This document shows, in pieces, positions 9,001 through 19,743 of a stretch of DNA of 64,000 nucleotides. Each line of letters begins with the position of its first letter. Positions within the stretch are counted from its first letter, which is position 1. The notes beneath the pieces are model-generated. The model worked only from the letters and a program-made list of their open reading frames with translations. It did no database searches and was not told the DNA's origin. The DNA comes from a bacterium (GTDB taxonomy: Bacteria; Pseudomonadota; Alphaproteobacteria; Rs-D84; CACZYB01). The stretch covers positions 87,165-151,164 of the forward strand of contig JAAVBO010000003.1 in NCBI GenBank assembly GCA_014803575.1. The letters run 5' to 3'. The translations under genes were made by a program, and so were the position numbers.

Positions 9001-9969
9001 ATGGTAAGTGTTAGTGTTATAATGCCCGTATATAATACTAAAGAAAAATACTTTCGAAAAGCTATAGAAAGTATCTTAAAACAAACATTTAAAGATTTTG
9101 AGTTAATTATTGTTGATGATTGTTCCGATAAATATATAGAGGAAATAGTTTCTTCTTATAATGATATTCGTATTAAATATTACAGATTAAATAAAAATTT
9201 AGGAGCGGCAAGTGCAAGAAATTTTGCAATACAAAAATCAAATGGTAAATATTTGGCATTTATGGATTCAGATGATATTTCTTTACCAAACAGATTGCTT
9301 ATACAATATAATTTTTTAGAACAAAATAAAGAAATCGGTTGTATTGGAACTTGTTATAAAATTAAAGGAAAAAATATCAAAATTTTCGGGAAAAATATTT
9401 TTAAGCATGATGAAATTGTAAAATATCTTCTTTTTAAATGTTGTGCATTTTGCCAATCAACAGTGATGCTTTGTAAAGATATATTAATTAACAATAATAT
9501 ACTTTACAGATCAGAATATGTTCCATCAGAAGATTATGCTCTTTGGTTAGATTTAATTGGAAAAACCAGATTTGAAATTCTTAAAAATACATTAGTTATA
9601 TATAGAAATCATAAAGAAAGTATTTCTCATAAAATGAAAAGTATTCAAATAGAAACATCTTTAAAAGCTCAAATTGAAGCAATAAGAAAAAATTGTAACA
9701 TAGAAATATCTATATTAAATGAAATTTTTTCTATATGTAAAATAAAGGATCTTGAAATAAAAGATATTAAAAAATTTGAACAAATAATACTAAATACAGA
9801 TATAACAAATGATTCATTAAAACAATTCCTTAGAAATAAAACAAGAAGAATTTTCTATCATACACATGGCTTTAAAAAACAATATTATCTTTGTCATTCT
9901 AAATTAAATAAACTTTTTAAATTTCCTTTGTATTGGAGGATATTTATTTTTATAACAAGGATGTTTTAA
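9001..9969 (+). CDS. Family 2 glycosyltransferase
   Basis: VSVIMPVYNTKEKYFRKAIESILKQTFKDFELIIVDDCSDK and a DSDD motif; classic GT2 N-terminus. Confidence 0.8.
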   Translation: MVSVSVIMPVYNTKEKYFRKAIESILKQTFKDFELIIVDDCSDKYIEEIVSSYNDIRIKYYRLNKNLGAASARNFAIQKSNGKYLAFMDSDDISLPNRLLIQYNFLEQNKEIGCIGTCYKIKGKNIKIFGKNIFKHDEIVKYLLFKCCAFCQSTVMLCKDILINNNILYRSEYVPSEDYALWLDLIGKTRFEILKNTLVIYRNHKESISHKMKSIQIETSLKAQIEAIRKNCNIEISILNEIFSICKIKDLEIKDIKKFEQIILNTDITNDSLKQFLRNKTRRIFYHTHGFKKQYYLCHSKLNKLFKFPLYWRIFIFITRMF

Positions 9970-10124
9970 ATGATTTTAAATTTAGATTACACAAAGGAAA
10001 AAATATCAAATTTAAAGGATAAAAACACAATTTTATCATTAGTTAAAATTTTTGCTCAAAATAAAAATATTAATGAGGAATATAAAAATTTTTTAAATGA
10101 AATAATAACTTACATGGAGACAAA

Positions 10125-11084
10125 ATGAAGACAATTATTGTAACAGGTGGAACAGGATTTTTAGGTTCTAATTTATGTATTCGATTAATAAATGAGGGTA
10201 ATAAAGTTATTTGTATTGATAATAATTATACCGGACGTTTAGAAAATATAAAAGAAATAGAAACTAATGCTAATTTTAGATTTATTAAACACGATATTTG
10301 TGAACCATTAGAAATTACTGAGCATATAGACCAAATTTATAATCTTGCTTGTCCAGCATCTCCGCCTGCTTATCAAGGAAAACATTCTATTGATACAACG
10401 AAAACTTGTGTGTTTGGTGCGATTAATATGCTTGAACTTGCAAAAAAGCATAATGCGACAATACTTCAAACTTCAACATCTGAAATTTATGGTGAGCCTC
10501 TTGTCCATCCACAAGTGGAAACATACAGAGGTAATGTTAATCCTATTGGTATTAGAGCTTGTTATGACGAAGGAAAACGTTGTGCAGAATCTTTATTCTT
10601 TGATTATCACAGACATGAAGGCGTTGATATAAAGTTGGTTCGCATTTTCAATACATATGGTCCTAAAATGGATCCAAATGATGGTCGTGTTATTTCAAAC
10701 TTTATATGTCAAGCATTATCAGGACAAGATATTACTATTTATGGTGATGGACATCAAACTAGATCCTTTTGTTATGTTGATGATTTGATTGAAGTAATAA
10801 TTCGTATGATGAATTCATCATTTGGATTTATTGGTCCTGTAAATATTGGAAATCCAAATGAATTTACAATAAAGGAATTGGCCGAAATGGTCGTTGATAA
10901 AATAGGAAATGGTTCAAAAATTATTTATAAAGATTTACCTTCTGATGATCCAACACAAAGAAGACCGGATATTACTTTGGTACAAACTAAACTTAATTGG
11001 ACACCGATAGTTCAATTAAATGAGGGATTAGATAAGACTATTAAATATTTTAAGACTCAAATAAATCTATTTAAGAAAGGTTAA
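10125..11084 (+). CDS. UDP-glucuronate decarboxylase (UDP-xylose synthase-type NAD-dependent epimerase/dehydratase)
   Basis: GTGFLGSNL Rossmann motif, a YDEGKR catalytic Y-x3-K, and overall UXS/ArnA-decarboxylase-like sequence. Confidence 0.8.
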   Translation: MKTIIVTGGTGFLGSNLCIRLINEGNKVICIDNNYTGRLENIKEIETNANFRFIKHDICEPLEITEHIDQIYNLACPASPPAYQGKHSIDTTKTCVFGAINMLELAKKHNATILQTSTSEIYGEPLVHPQVETYRGNVNPIGIRACYDEGKRCAESLFFDYHRHEGVDIKLVRIFNTYGPKMDPNDGRVISNFICQALSGQDITIYGDGHQTRSFCYVDDLIEVIIRMMNSSFGFIGPVNIGNPNEFTIKELAEMVVDKIGNGSKIIYKDLPSDDPTQRRPDITLVQTKLNWTPIVQLNEGLDKTIKYFKTQINLFKKG

Positions 11085-11087
11085 AAA

Positions 11088-12386
11088 ATGAAAGTAGGAA
11101 TAATAGGTACAGGATATGTAGGACTTCCAACCGGTGTCGGTTTGGCAGAACTTGGAAACGAAGTAATTTGTATAGATAGAGAACAATCAAAAATTGATGC
11201 TTTAAAAGCTGGTAAAATTACACTTTATGAAGATGGTTTGGAAGAGCTTTTTCATAAGAATATGAAAGAAGGACGTATAAAGTTTACAACTTCTATGAAA
11301 GAAGGAATTGAGCAATCTGACTTGGTTATTATTGCAGTTGGAACACCTCCTCATCCCGTAACAAAGGAAGCTGATATGAAGTATATTCATGCTGCGGCTA
11401 CAGAACTTGCTGAACATCTTCAGGGATATACTGTAATTGCAACTAAATCTACTGTTCCTGTTGGTACAGGTGATGATATAGAAGCATTAATAAGAAAGAA
11501 AAATCCAAATGCAGATTTTGATGTTATCTCTTTACCGGAATTTTTACGTGAAGGATTTGCAGTTCATGACTTTTTTAATCCCGATAGGATTGTAGTTGGT
11601 GCAAATTCACAGAAGTCTTGTAATGTCATAAAAGAACTTTATAAACCATTTGAAGAAAAAACAAATATATTATTTGTAAAACGTCGTTCAAGTGAAGTTA
11701 TAAAATATGCTTCCAATGCATTTTTAGCAATAAAAATTCATTATATTAATGAAATGGCTAATTTTTGTGAAAAAACTGGTGCTGATATTTATGAAGTTGC
11801 TAAAGGTATGGGGTTGGATAGCAGAATTGGTCCAAAGTTTTTAAATCCTGGTCCTGGATATGGTGGTTCTTGTTTTCCAAAGGATACTATGGCTATGTCC
11901 TATATGGCACGACAAAATGATGTTGATATGACTTTAATTAATGCTGCTATTAATGGAAATACAAAACGTAAAAAAGAAATGGCGGATAGAGTCTTAAATG
12001 CAATTAAAGGTATTGAAAATCCGAAAATTGCTGTTTTAGGGTTGGCATTCAAAGATGGAACTGATGATTGTCGTGAAAGTCCGGCAATAGAAATCATAGA
12101 AAATCTATTGGAAAATAATGCTAATATTATAGCATATGATCCAAAGGCAATGGAAACAGCAAAACTTTTACTTGGTGATAAAATCAAGTATGCAAATGAT
12201 ATGTATGAATGTTTAAAAGATGCTGATGTCCTTGCAATTTTAACAGAATGGGAAGATTTTAAAAATTTAGATTTGAACAAAGTCGCAAAGCTTATGCGTA
12301 ATAAAAATATTGTTGATTGTAGGAATCTGATTGATGCTAAAAATGTACTAACTAATGGATTCAACTATAAAGGTATTGGTAGGTAA
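11088..12386 (+). CDS. ugd: UDP-glucose 6-dehydrogenase
   Basis: GTGYVGLPTG NAD-binding motif and a GGSCFPKD catalytic-Cys motif. 432 aa. Confidence 0.9.
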   Translation: MKVGIIGTGYVGLPTGVGLAELGNEVICIDREQSKIDALKAGKITLYEDGLEELFHKNMKEGRIKFTTSMKEGIEQSDLVIIAVGTPPHPVTKEADMKYIHAAATELAEHLQGYTVIATKSTVPVGTGDDIEALIRKKNPNADFDVISLPEFLREGFAVHDFFNPDRIVVGANSQKSCNVIKELYKPFEEKTNILFVKRRSSEVIKYASNAFLAIKIHYINEMANFCEKTGADIYEVAKGMGLDSRIGPKFLNPGPGYGGSCFPKDTMAMSYMARQNDVDMTLINAAINGNTKRKKEMADRVLNAIKGIENPKIAVLGLAFKDGTDDCRESPAIEIIENLLENNANIIAYDPKAMETAKLLLGDKIKYANDMYECLKDADVLAILTEWEDFKNLDLNKVAKLMRNKNIVDCRNLIDAKNVLTNGFNYKGIGR

Positions 12387-12389
12387 AAT

Positions 12390-14498
12390 ATGGTAAATAA
12401 AACAATAAAAAATAAATTAGAAGAAAAAACATCACCTAAAATTTCAATTATTGTTCCTGTGTATAATGTAGAAAAATATCTACAAAGATGTTTAGATTCT
12501 TTGGTTAATCAGACATTAAAGGATATTGAAATAATATGTATTAATGATGGCTCCAAAGATAATTCATATAAAATTCTGAAGGACTATGCTAAAAGAGATA
12601 AAAGAATAAAAGTATTTACACAAGATAATTCAGGACCGGCCAAAGCCAGAAATGTAGGTTTAAAAAACGCAACAGGTGAATTTATAATGTTTTGTGATTC
12701 TGATGATGAATATACTGAAGATATGTGTAAAGATATGCTATCTTGTATAAAAAAACAGAATGTTGATCTTGTTATGTGTAATACTACGTTATTAAACAGA
12801 GAAGAGAAGGAGATAACAAGCAAATATTATTTCCCTTTTTCTCCTGGGAAATATACTGTTGATGATAGAATTAAAATTGGAATTAATGTATATTTATGGA
12901 ATAAAATTTTTAAAAAATCAATAATAGATTCTTATAATATTAAATTTCCAGAAGGACATAAATCTGATGATAATCTTTTTATTTACGAATATGTAATGGT
13001 TTCTGATAATATATATATTTTAGATGAAAAATTATATTATCATTATGATATAGAGAATTCTATTATGGATTTATATAATAGTAAGAAAATAAAGTTATGT
13101 GATGTATTAGATAAATTAGATATATTGATTAATTTATATAATTTTCTTCAAAAATATAATATATTTGTTCAAAATAAAAAAAGTTTTTCTTATATATTTT
13201 ATACCGAGTTATTTTATGCTTGGATACATGTTCCAGAAGAATTTAAAAAAGAATTTTTGACTAGAAGTTCTGAAGTAGTGCAAAATATCAAAATAAATAA
13301 TTTTTTATATAATCCTAGTGACTTGTATAAATTAAAAGTTATTGAAGTTATAAACAATAACAATTATTTAGCAGCAGAAAAATTATTAGATTTTTTATTA
13401 AGTACTCAAAATAAAGCTAGAAATAAATATTTATTTGCAGAAACAGTAAAACCGATTTTTAAAGAATATTGTATACCTATAGTTTTTAATTGTGATAATA
13501 ATTTTGTAATGTATTTATCAATTGCATTACAATCTATAATTGATAATTCTTCTGTTGAACATAATTATGATATTTGTATTTTAAATGAAGATATTTCTGA
13601 AAGAAATCAAGAAAAATTACATAGAATTTTTTATAAGCATAAAAATTTTTCTTTAAGATTTTTTAATATGAAAAATATTTCTTTACAATATAATTTATCA
13701 AAATATAAAACTATTAATCATGTAAAAACAGCTGCATATTATCGTTTGTTTGTTCCTGAAATATTTAAATATTATAAAAAAGTAGTCTATTTGGACAGTG
13801 ATATTATTGTTAATTGTGATATTTATAAATTAATAGAGAAAAATATAGAAAATTATTCTTGTGCTGCAGTACGTGATTTTTATATTTCTAATATTAAAGA
13901 AGGTAATGAATTTGTATTTCCTGGTATTATTGAGTATAGTAAAAATATACTTAATATTTCTAATTTTAATAAATATTTTAATTCTGGTGTAATGATTTTT
14001 AATATAAATAAAATGAATAAATTTAATTATTTTGATAAATTTATAAAAATTGCAGAAATTAATAATAAATATTTTAATGATCAAAATGTATTAAATTCAG
14101 TATTACAAGATGATGTTTATTTATTAGATTCTAGTTATAATATGCAACTTAATTCTGGAGCAATTCTTTTCATTTATTGTAATTTAATTCCTTTAAATAA
14201 AATAAAAATTTTGCATTTTTGTAGCAAATACAAACCGTGGAATAAATCATCTCTTGATCAATATGATACCATTTGGTGGGAATATGCAAGAAAAACTCCA
14301 TTCTATGAGGAAATATTAATGAATTTAATGAATGCAAAAAGTACACAAAATGTGAAAACTCAGCGTCCTAACAACAATAACTATCCTCAATTTCAATATC
14401 ATCATAAGTTAGAAAGAATATTTTCTGTAAAAGGGTTATATACACCAAACAAAAAATATAAAGTTCTTACAATTTTTGGTATAAAAATAAAATTTTAG
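12390..14498 (+). CDS. Bifunctional glycosyltransferase: N-terminal GT2 domain plus C-terminal GT8 (LgtC/RfaJ-like) domain
   Basis: N-terminus ISIIVPVYNVEKYLQRCLDSL...CDSDD. C-terminus YYRLFVPEIF...VVYLDSDIIV...NSGVMIFN, typical of GT8. Confidence 0.7.
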   Translation: MVNKTIKNKLEEKTSPKISIIVPVYNVEKYLQRCLDSLVNQTLKDIEIICINDGSKDNSYKILKDYAKRDKRIKVFTQDNSGPAKARNVGLKNATGEFIMFCDSDDEYTEDMCKDMLSCIKKQNVDLVMCNTTLLNREEKEITSKYYFPFSPGKYTVDDRIKIGINVYLWNKIFKKSIIDSYNIKFPEGHKSDDNLFIYEYVMVSDNIYILDEKLYYHYDIENSIMDLYNSKKIKLCDVLDKLDILINLYNFLQKYNIFVQNKKSFSYIFYTELFYAWIHVPEEFKKEFLTRSSEVVQNIKINNFLYNPSDLYKLKVIEVINNNNYLAAEKLLDFLLSTQNKARNKYLFAETVKPIFKEYCIPIVFNCDNNFVMYLSIALQSIIDNSSVEHNYDICILNEDISERNQEKLHRIFYKHKNFSLRFFNMKNISLQYNLSKYKTINHVKTAAYYRLFVPEIFKYYKKVVYLDSDIIVNCDIYKLIEKNIENYSCAAVRDFYISNIKEGNEFVFPGIIEYSKNILNISNFNKYFNSGVMIFNINKMNKFNYFDKFIKIAEINNKYFNDQNVLNSVLQDDVYLLDSSYNMQLNSGAILFIYCNLIPLNKIKILHFCSKYKPWNKSSLDQYDTIWWEYARKTPFYEEILMNLMNAKSTQNVKTQRPNNNNYPQFQYHHKLERIFSVKGLYTPNKKYKVLTIFGIKIKF

Positions 14499-14807
14499 GA
14501 AAGATATTAGGTTTATAGAATATATTCTATCGGTAAGAAATGAAAATCAATATAAGATACTAAGAATATTAGGGTTTAAAATTAAATTTAAAAGAAAAAA
14601 TAAATAATTATCAATTACTTATATGCTGAAAATCAAAGATTATATTTCTTTCGGTAAGATATTATTTTGGATTTTTAATTCAATTATTTCTTGATAATTA
14701 TAGAATTATACTTAAACTAATATTTAGTAAACAAGAAAAATATAATTGAGAAGAAAATTTTTTACAGTTTATTTTAAAACTGCAAAACATTTTTTGAAAG
14801 GTAGATT

Positions 14808-15899
14808 ATGTCTATATCTTATGTATTACAAACTCAACATAAGACTTTTAATGCAAATTTTCATACAGGGAAAATAGTATATGGTGAAAATAAAGAATTT
14901 AACTGGATTTATGATTGTGGAAAGAGTAATTTGGTTCGGCAATATTTAAAGGAAGTTGATAAAGTTGATTTGATTTTTATCTCTCATTTTGATAGAGATC
15001 ATATTAATGGACTTCCTATACTTTTAGCTGATCCTAAGGCAGAAAATGCACAAATAGTTGTGCCATATTTGACAGATGAAGATATTGCTATTTTATTCAG
15101 TGGAAATTTTTATTCATCAATAAAACAAAAGGAACGACAAGATGCTTTTTATAAATTTATGAATGAATTGTTAGAAATACAATCTCAGGAAAAGTTTGAG
15201 AAAGAGTTTGTTTATGATTTATCAAAAGATGATGAGAAGAGTGATAAAAATGATAAAGAGTGTAACGGACAAAAAATCATTCCTATTGTTGGAAATAATT
15301 GTGGTTTTGCAATGGAAGTAAAGTTTCCAAATGATGAAATATGGGCTTTTAAAACTCATGTTTTTGAAGATAGTAAATTAAGAAAATCAATGCAGAATTT
15401 GTTAAAAGGTTCAACACTGAAAAAAGAATTAAGGGATAATTTTAATGAGTTTAAGGAAAAATTCAAAAAAGAGTATAAGAAAGAGATACAAAAAATAAAG
15501 AAAGAATTGGGAGGAGAATCAAGAAATGTTATGACAATGTCCATGATTTCAATGCCTGAAAAAATAATATATTGTCATATCGATTGTGCTCCTCTTGCTT
15601 GGTTGCATACAGGAGATGCGTATCTATCTGACATTAATATTTGGAAACAATTTTTAGCTTTTTTGATTCCTTACAGATGGAGGATAAATGTTTGTGTGTT
15701 GCCTCATCACGCTTCAGTAAAAAGTGAAAATAAAAAATTGTATAGAATGCTAGATGAAATGTGTAATTATATTGTTACTCCGTCCTCAAGAGTTTCATTT
15801 TCTTATCCTTCGGTTAGAAACCTGTTTTTTGTTAATTGGTTAAGTTTTGAAACTATTTATAAACCGGATTATTTTATATATTCTCATTTTATATTTTAG
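14808..15899 (+). CDS. MBL-fold metallo-hydrolase with a ComEC-like HxDxDH motif
   Basis: LIFISHFDRDHINGLPIL, compared with the ComEC beta-lactamase-domain motif HADQDH. Confidence 0.45.
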   Translation: MSISYVLQTQHKTFNANFHTGKIVYGENKEFNWIYDCGKSNLVRQYLKEVDKVDLIFISHFDRDHINGLPILLADPKAENAQIVVPYLTDEDIAILFSGNFYSSIKQKERQDAFYKFMNELLEIQSQEKFEKEFVYDLSKDDEKSDKNDKECNGQKIIPIVGNNCGFAMEVKFPNDEIWAFKTHVFEDSKLRKSMQNLLKGSTLKKELRDNFNEFKEKFKKEYKKEIQKIKKELGGESRNVMTMSMISMPEKIIYCHIDCAPLAWLHTGDAYLSDINIWKQFLAFLIPYRWRINVCVLPHHASVKSENKKLYRMLDEMCNYIVTPSSRVSFSYPSVRNLFFVNWLSFETIYKPDYFIYSHFIF

Positions 15900-16192
15900 A
15901 AATTGTTGATTAAATATATATCTTGATTCCGGTAATTTTTATTGTTATTATTATATTAATTATGGAAAAGGGATTAGGAATATGAAAAAAATAAATGAGC
16001 TTTTGAAAATAAAACCTTCAATAGAAGAGTTTGAAAATTGTGTGAAAATTGGTAAGAATTTTTGGAAAAATTCTATGAAGGAACAATGTAAGTTGGTTGA
16101 AAAACAAAAGGAAGAGCATAGAAAATTAAAACCATCTCCTGAATTGTATAAGATAGAATTTACGTTATAAAATTGATTTAAAAAAAGGTAAA

Positions 16193-16642
16193 CTAAATAC
16201 GATTTAATTTATGATTTTTAAGAAAATTTTTGTTTGATAACATTAAGTTTTCAGGAAGATTATTTATATCAAACCATTTCCATTCGGCACATTTATTTCG
16301 TTCCATAACTTTTGGTTCTCCCTTATATTTTTTACAAAAAAGATGTAGTGTTATGTAATGTTTTTCTGTTTCTTTGAAAAAGTCATTAGTAACGCCTTCC
16401 AGCCACACATCGTTTGCGTTAATTGTAAGGTTTGTTTCTTCTTTTGCTTCACGAATTGCAGCTTCTTCGTTTGTTTCACCGAATTCCATATGACCACCAG
16501 GTGGACACCATGTATTAAATCCGTGTGGACTTTTCCTTAATCCCAATAATACTTGATTATGTTCATTGAAAATATATAATCCGACACCAACGCGAATACT
16601 TTTTTCCATAATTTTTCCCTTCTTATTCCTTCCTTTCCCCAC
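16193..16642 (-). CDS. NUDIX hydrolase
   Basis: Nudix box GGHMEFGETNEEAAIREAKEETNL. The true start is probably MEKSIRV at ~16609. Confidence 0.75.
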   Translation of the reverse strand: MGKGRNKKGKIMEKSIRVGVGLYIFNEHNQVLLGLRKSPHGFNTWCPPGGHMEFGETNEEAAIREAKEETNLTINANDVWLEGVTNDFFKETEKHYITLHLFCKKYKGEPKVMERNKCAEWKWFDINNLPENLMLSNKNFLKNHKLNRI

Positions 16643-16908
16643 AAATACCGAATATGAGTTTTAGGTTATATCGTTTTTTGTGGGTGAGGTGTATGCCTGT
16701 TGAGCTTATTACTATGACAGTTTTTAGAATCCAAATTCTTACGTAGTAGGATTTGTGTTTAAGTTTTATTTTTTCCTTTGTTCGATATTCAGAACCGTCC
16801 GGATTTTCGATTTCTGTGCTTTTCCCGAAACCGTATTTGTTGTTGTCAAAGTCCAAACCGTATTCAATATATATCATAAATTTATGATACTATAAATTAT
16901 AGGTTGTA

Positions 16909-17172
16909 TCAAGAATTATTTTCCAATTCTTTGTCTACCTCGCTCATATAACGACTGAAAGTTTCCCAGTCCATATTAGTGACTTTTAGAACTTTGCAAA
17001 TACTTTCACTTGATGGCCAACGACATTTTCCGCTTGGGTAGAAACGCTTGCTTTTGTTAAATGCAGTTGCATCTAAGCCCGCTTTTTTTGCCAGTGCGGA
17101 AACTGATAATCCGTTTATGTATGCTATTTTATCAATTACTTTCCATATTTTGGAATGTTCTTTGTTCATCAT
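16909..17172 (-). CDS. Small HTH DNA-binding protein (Ner/Nlp-like)
   Basis: LSVSALAKKAGLDATAF...WPS resembles the Ner/Nlp family pattern. Confidence 0.3.
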   Translation of the reverse strand: MMNKEHSKIWKVIDKIAYINGLSVSALAKKAGLDATAFNKSKRFYPSGKCRWPSSESICKVLKVTNMDWETFSRYMSEVDKELENNS

Positions 17173-17389
17173 TTTTTCTCTCCTTGTGTTACAATTTAAA
17201 GTAAAGTAAATTCAATATTTACAATCATAGAGAGAAAAATTTCCAATGCAATTAGAACATATTCCTACATAATATTAATTGTAATTGTTTTCCGGTTGTT
17301 TTTGTTATCCATAAATTTCCTTGACAGGATAGGGATTTGAAATTATTATAATTTTAATTTAATTCTTTTTATTAATTAGGGGAAATCAG

Positions 17390-18367
17390 TTGAAAAAATT
17401 ATTTATAATTGTGACATTTTGTTTTATGCAAATGATGTTTTCTGATTTGTTATTTGCTTCGTCATTTCAGGATTTTTTTGTGGTGAAGGGTATTAGTGTT
17501 TCGCAAAGTGCCTCTTCTTCCAGTGAAGCAAAAAAGTTAGCGTTAAGCAGTGCAAGAGATGAGGCTTTTAATACTGTTTTAAAAAGATTGCTTGTGTCCA
17601 GTGATATTTCGAATGTTGTTGTGCCTGATAATTATAATATGGAAAAGTTTATACAGACAGTCAAACTTAATAATGAAAAGACTACTTCAACATCATATAG
17701 TGCGGTTGTTGATGTGCAAATAAATAAGAATTTGATGTCGGATTATCTTAAAAATCAGGGATTTAAAGTTTTGGAAGATCTTCCTCCGTCTACTTTTTTA
17801 ATGTTTTCCGATGGTTATGATTATGGATTTTCGGATGCTAACTATGGAAATGGAAATGTAGTTCCGTTTGCAGGTGTTGGATATTCGGATTTGTATAGTT
17901 ATGATGTGGATAGTGCAAGTATTGATGTATTTAAAAGTATGCTTTCAAAATATAATGCAAATAATGTTATAGTTGTTAAAGTGCAAAGTGCAGGTGATGT
18001 TTATAATGTTTCGTTTAAGGATAAGCTTTTGGGTATAAATAGCAGTTTTAAAACCAACTATGAACATTTTGTGACTGACTTAGTTCTTGCAATAAATGAT
18101 GCTTATAAAATGGCAACAGATGAAGGTGATTTTGGAAAGTCAATTTCTATGTTGGTGCCTATATTCGGGCTTTCTGATTGGATAGATATTGAAAAAATTA
18201 TTTCTAAAGTTTCATCTATAAAATCCTATGAAGTGCAGGCTTTAAAGTATAATAAAGCTCAGTTGAAATTGAAATATAATTATGATTTAGATTCGGTCAT
18301 AAATGCTTTGCGTAAAGCCGGATTGGATGTGCAAAATAAGAATACTTACTTGATTGTGAAACGATAA
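17390..18367 (+). CDS. Hypothetical exported protein
   Basis: N-terminal signal peptide. Its stop codon overlaps the hda start (ATAATG). Confidence 0.45.
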   Translation: MKKLFIIVTFCFMQMMFSDLLFASSFQDFFVVKGISVSQSASSSSEAKKLALSSARDEAFNTVLKRLLVSSDISNVVVPDNYNMEKFIQTVKLNNEKTTSTSYSAVVDVQINKNLMSDYLKNQGFKVLEDLPPSTFLMFSDGYDYGFSDANYGNGNVVPFAGVGYSDLYSYDVDSASIDVFKSMLSKYNANNVIVVKVQSAGDVYNVSFKDKLLGINSSFKTNYEHFVTDLVLAINDAYKMATDEGDFGKSISMLVPIFGLSDWIDIEKIISKVSSIKSYEVQALKYNKAQLKLKYNYDLDSVINALRKAGLDVQNKNTYLIVKR

Positions 18368-19041
18368 TGCAACAATTACCTTTGATGTTGGAACATAGAA
18401 GACTTTTGGGTCGTGAAGATTTTCTTGTATCGCCTTGTAATATAGAGGCGGTAGAATGGATTGATGTGTATCCGGAATGGTATGGCAATAATGGTATTGT
18501 CGTTTTGGGTGATAAATCTTCCGGTAAAACGCATCTTTCTTGGCTTTTCAGTGAGAAGAGTGAAGCGAAAGTTTACAATATGTCAGAAATTAAAGATGAA
18601 ATTTTTTCTGATGTGGTGCCTATTAATTCTGCATTGGTGATAGATGATATTGATTTTGGAATAGGTGATTGGGAGTTGGAAGAAAATTTGTTTCATATAA
18701 TAAACTATGCGATTGAATGTAATACAAAGTTATTTTTTACAACAACTGTGTCTTTGAACAATTTAGAATTTCAAGTAATGGATTTGAAAACCAGATTACT
18801 TAGCTTTCCAGTGGCAAAAATTTATGCACCTGATGATGATTTATTAAAGGCTTTGCTTGTGAAACAATTTATGGAGAGGGGAATTGTTGTTGAGGCGGAA
18901 GTTATTGAGTATATTGTAAAGCATATTGAACGTAATGCTTCGTCTGTGAAATATCTTGTGGAAAGGGCTGATTTATTATCGGTTAGTGAAAAAAAGAAGA
19001 TTACCATACCTTTTATTAAAAAAATAATTGATGAAATGTAA
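18367..19041 (+). CDS. hda: DnaA-homolog Hda (DnaA regulatory inactivator) family protein
   Basis: GDKSSGKTHL Walker A, LVIDDIDFG Walker B, and a size and architecture like DnaA domain III with no DNA-binding domain. Confidence 0.65.
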   Translation: MQQLPLMLEHRRLLGREDFLVSPCNIEAVEWIDVYPEWYGNNGIVVLGDKSSGKTHLSWLFSEKSEAKVYNMSEIKDEIFSDVVPINSALVIDDIDFGIGDWELEENLFHIINYAIECNTKLFFTTTVSLNNLEFQVMDLKTRLLSFPVAKIYAPDDDLLKALLVKQFMERGIVVEAEVIEYIVKHIERNASSVKYLVERADLLSVSEKKKITIPFIKKIIDEM

Positions 19042-19042
19042 G

Positions 19043-19669
19043 TTATATTATATCTATATTTATTTTATGTTTGGTTAATATTTGTTGTAATGTTTCTTTT
19101 GAAAGAGAACCGTGTCTTAACATTTCAATTTTGTTATTTGAAATTTTTATTATGGTAGATGGTGTGCCCGACAATACCTCATTTGTTTGAAGTATTGGGA
19201 TTTGAGGAAAGATTTTTTCGGCATTATCTGCTATTAGGCAAGGAGAATTTCCTGATTTATTACAGCTTGTTGAAATAAGGGGTGTGCTTATCTTTGTAAG
19301 AATTTGTTGAAGGGTTTTATTGTTTGGAATGCGGATACCTATTTCATTATTTTTGATTGTAAGAGGGGAAAGTTTTGTATTTTCTTTTGCTCTTACAATT
19401 ATGGTTAAATCACCAAATGTTTTTAGTAAAAGTTTTTCTGTTTTTGTGAGGTTTGCAAAGTTTTCAATACTTTTTATATTTGGAAAATTCAGGAGTAGGG
19501 TTTTTGTTTTTTTTCTTCCTTTTAATTTATAAATTTTTTCTATTGCGGTTGTGTTTGTTGCATTACAACCTATGCCGAAAACTGTATCGGTTGGGAATAT
19601 GATTACTTCGTTATTTAAAATTTTTTGTATGAAAAGTTTAATGTTTTTCTTATTATTTTCAAATATCAT
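19043..19669 (-). CDS. tsaC: L-threonylcarbamoyladenylate synthase (YrdC/Sua5 family, t6A)
   Basis: IIFPTDTVFGIGCNATN...KGRKKTKTLLL: YrdC fold motifs. 208 aa. Confidence 0.75.
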   Translation of the reverse strand: MIFENNKKNIKLFIQKILNNEVIIFPTDTVFGIGCNATNTTAIEKIYKLKGRKKTKTLLLNFPNIKSIENFANLTKTEKLLLKTFGDLTIIVRAKENTKLSPLTIKNNEIGIRIPNNKTLQQILTKISTPLISTSCNKSGNSPCLIADNAEKIFPQIPILQTNEVLSGTPSTIIKISNNKIEMLRHGSLSKETLQQILTKHKINIDII

Positions 19670-19743
19670 AAATACAGCCTTGATTAGTTTTAATTTTTCA
19701 GTTATTATATATTATATACAAATTAAAAATAAATACAAATGGT

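Noticed and set aside
16623-16877. 84-aa ORF overlapping the NUDIX gene start
   Set aside because: It overlaps the 5' end and RBS region of a well-supported gene and has no features of its own. Probably spurious.
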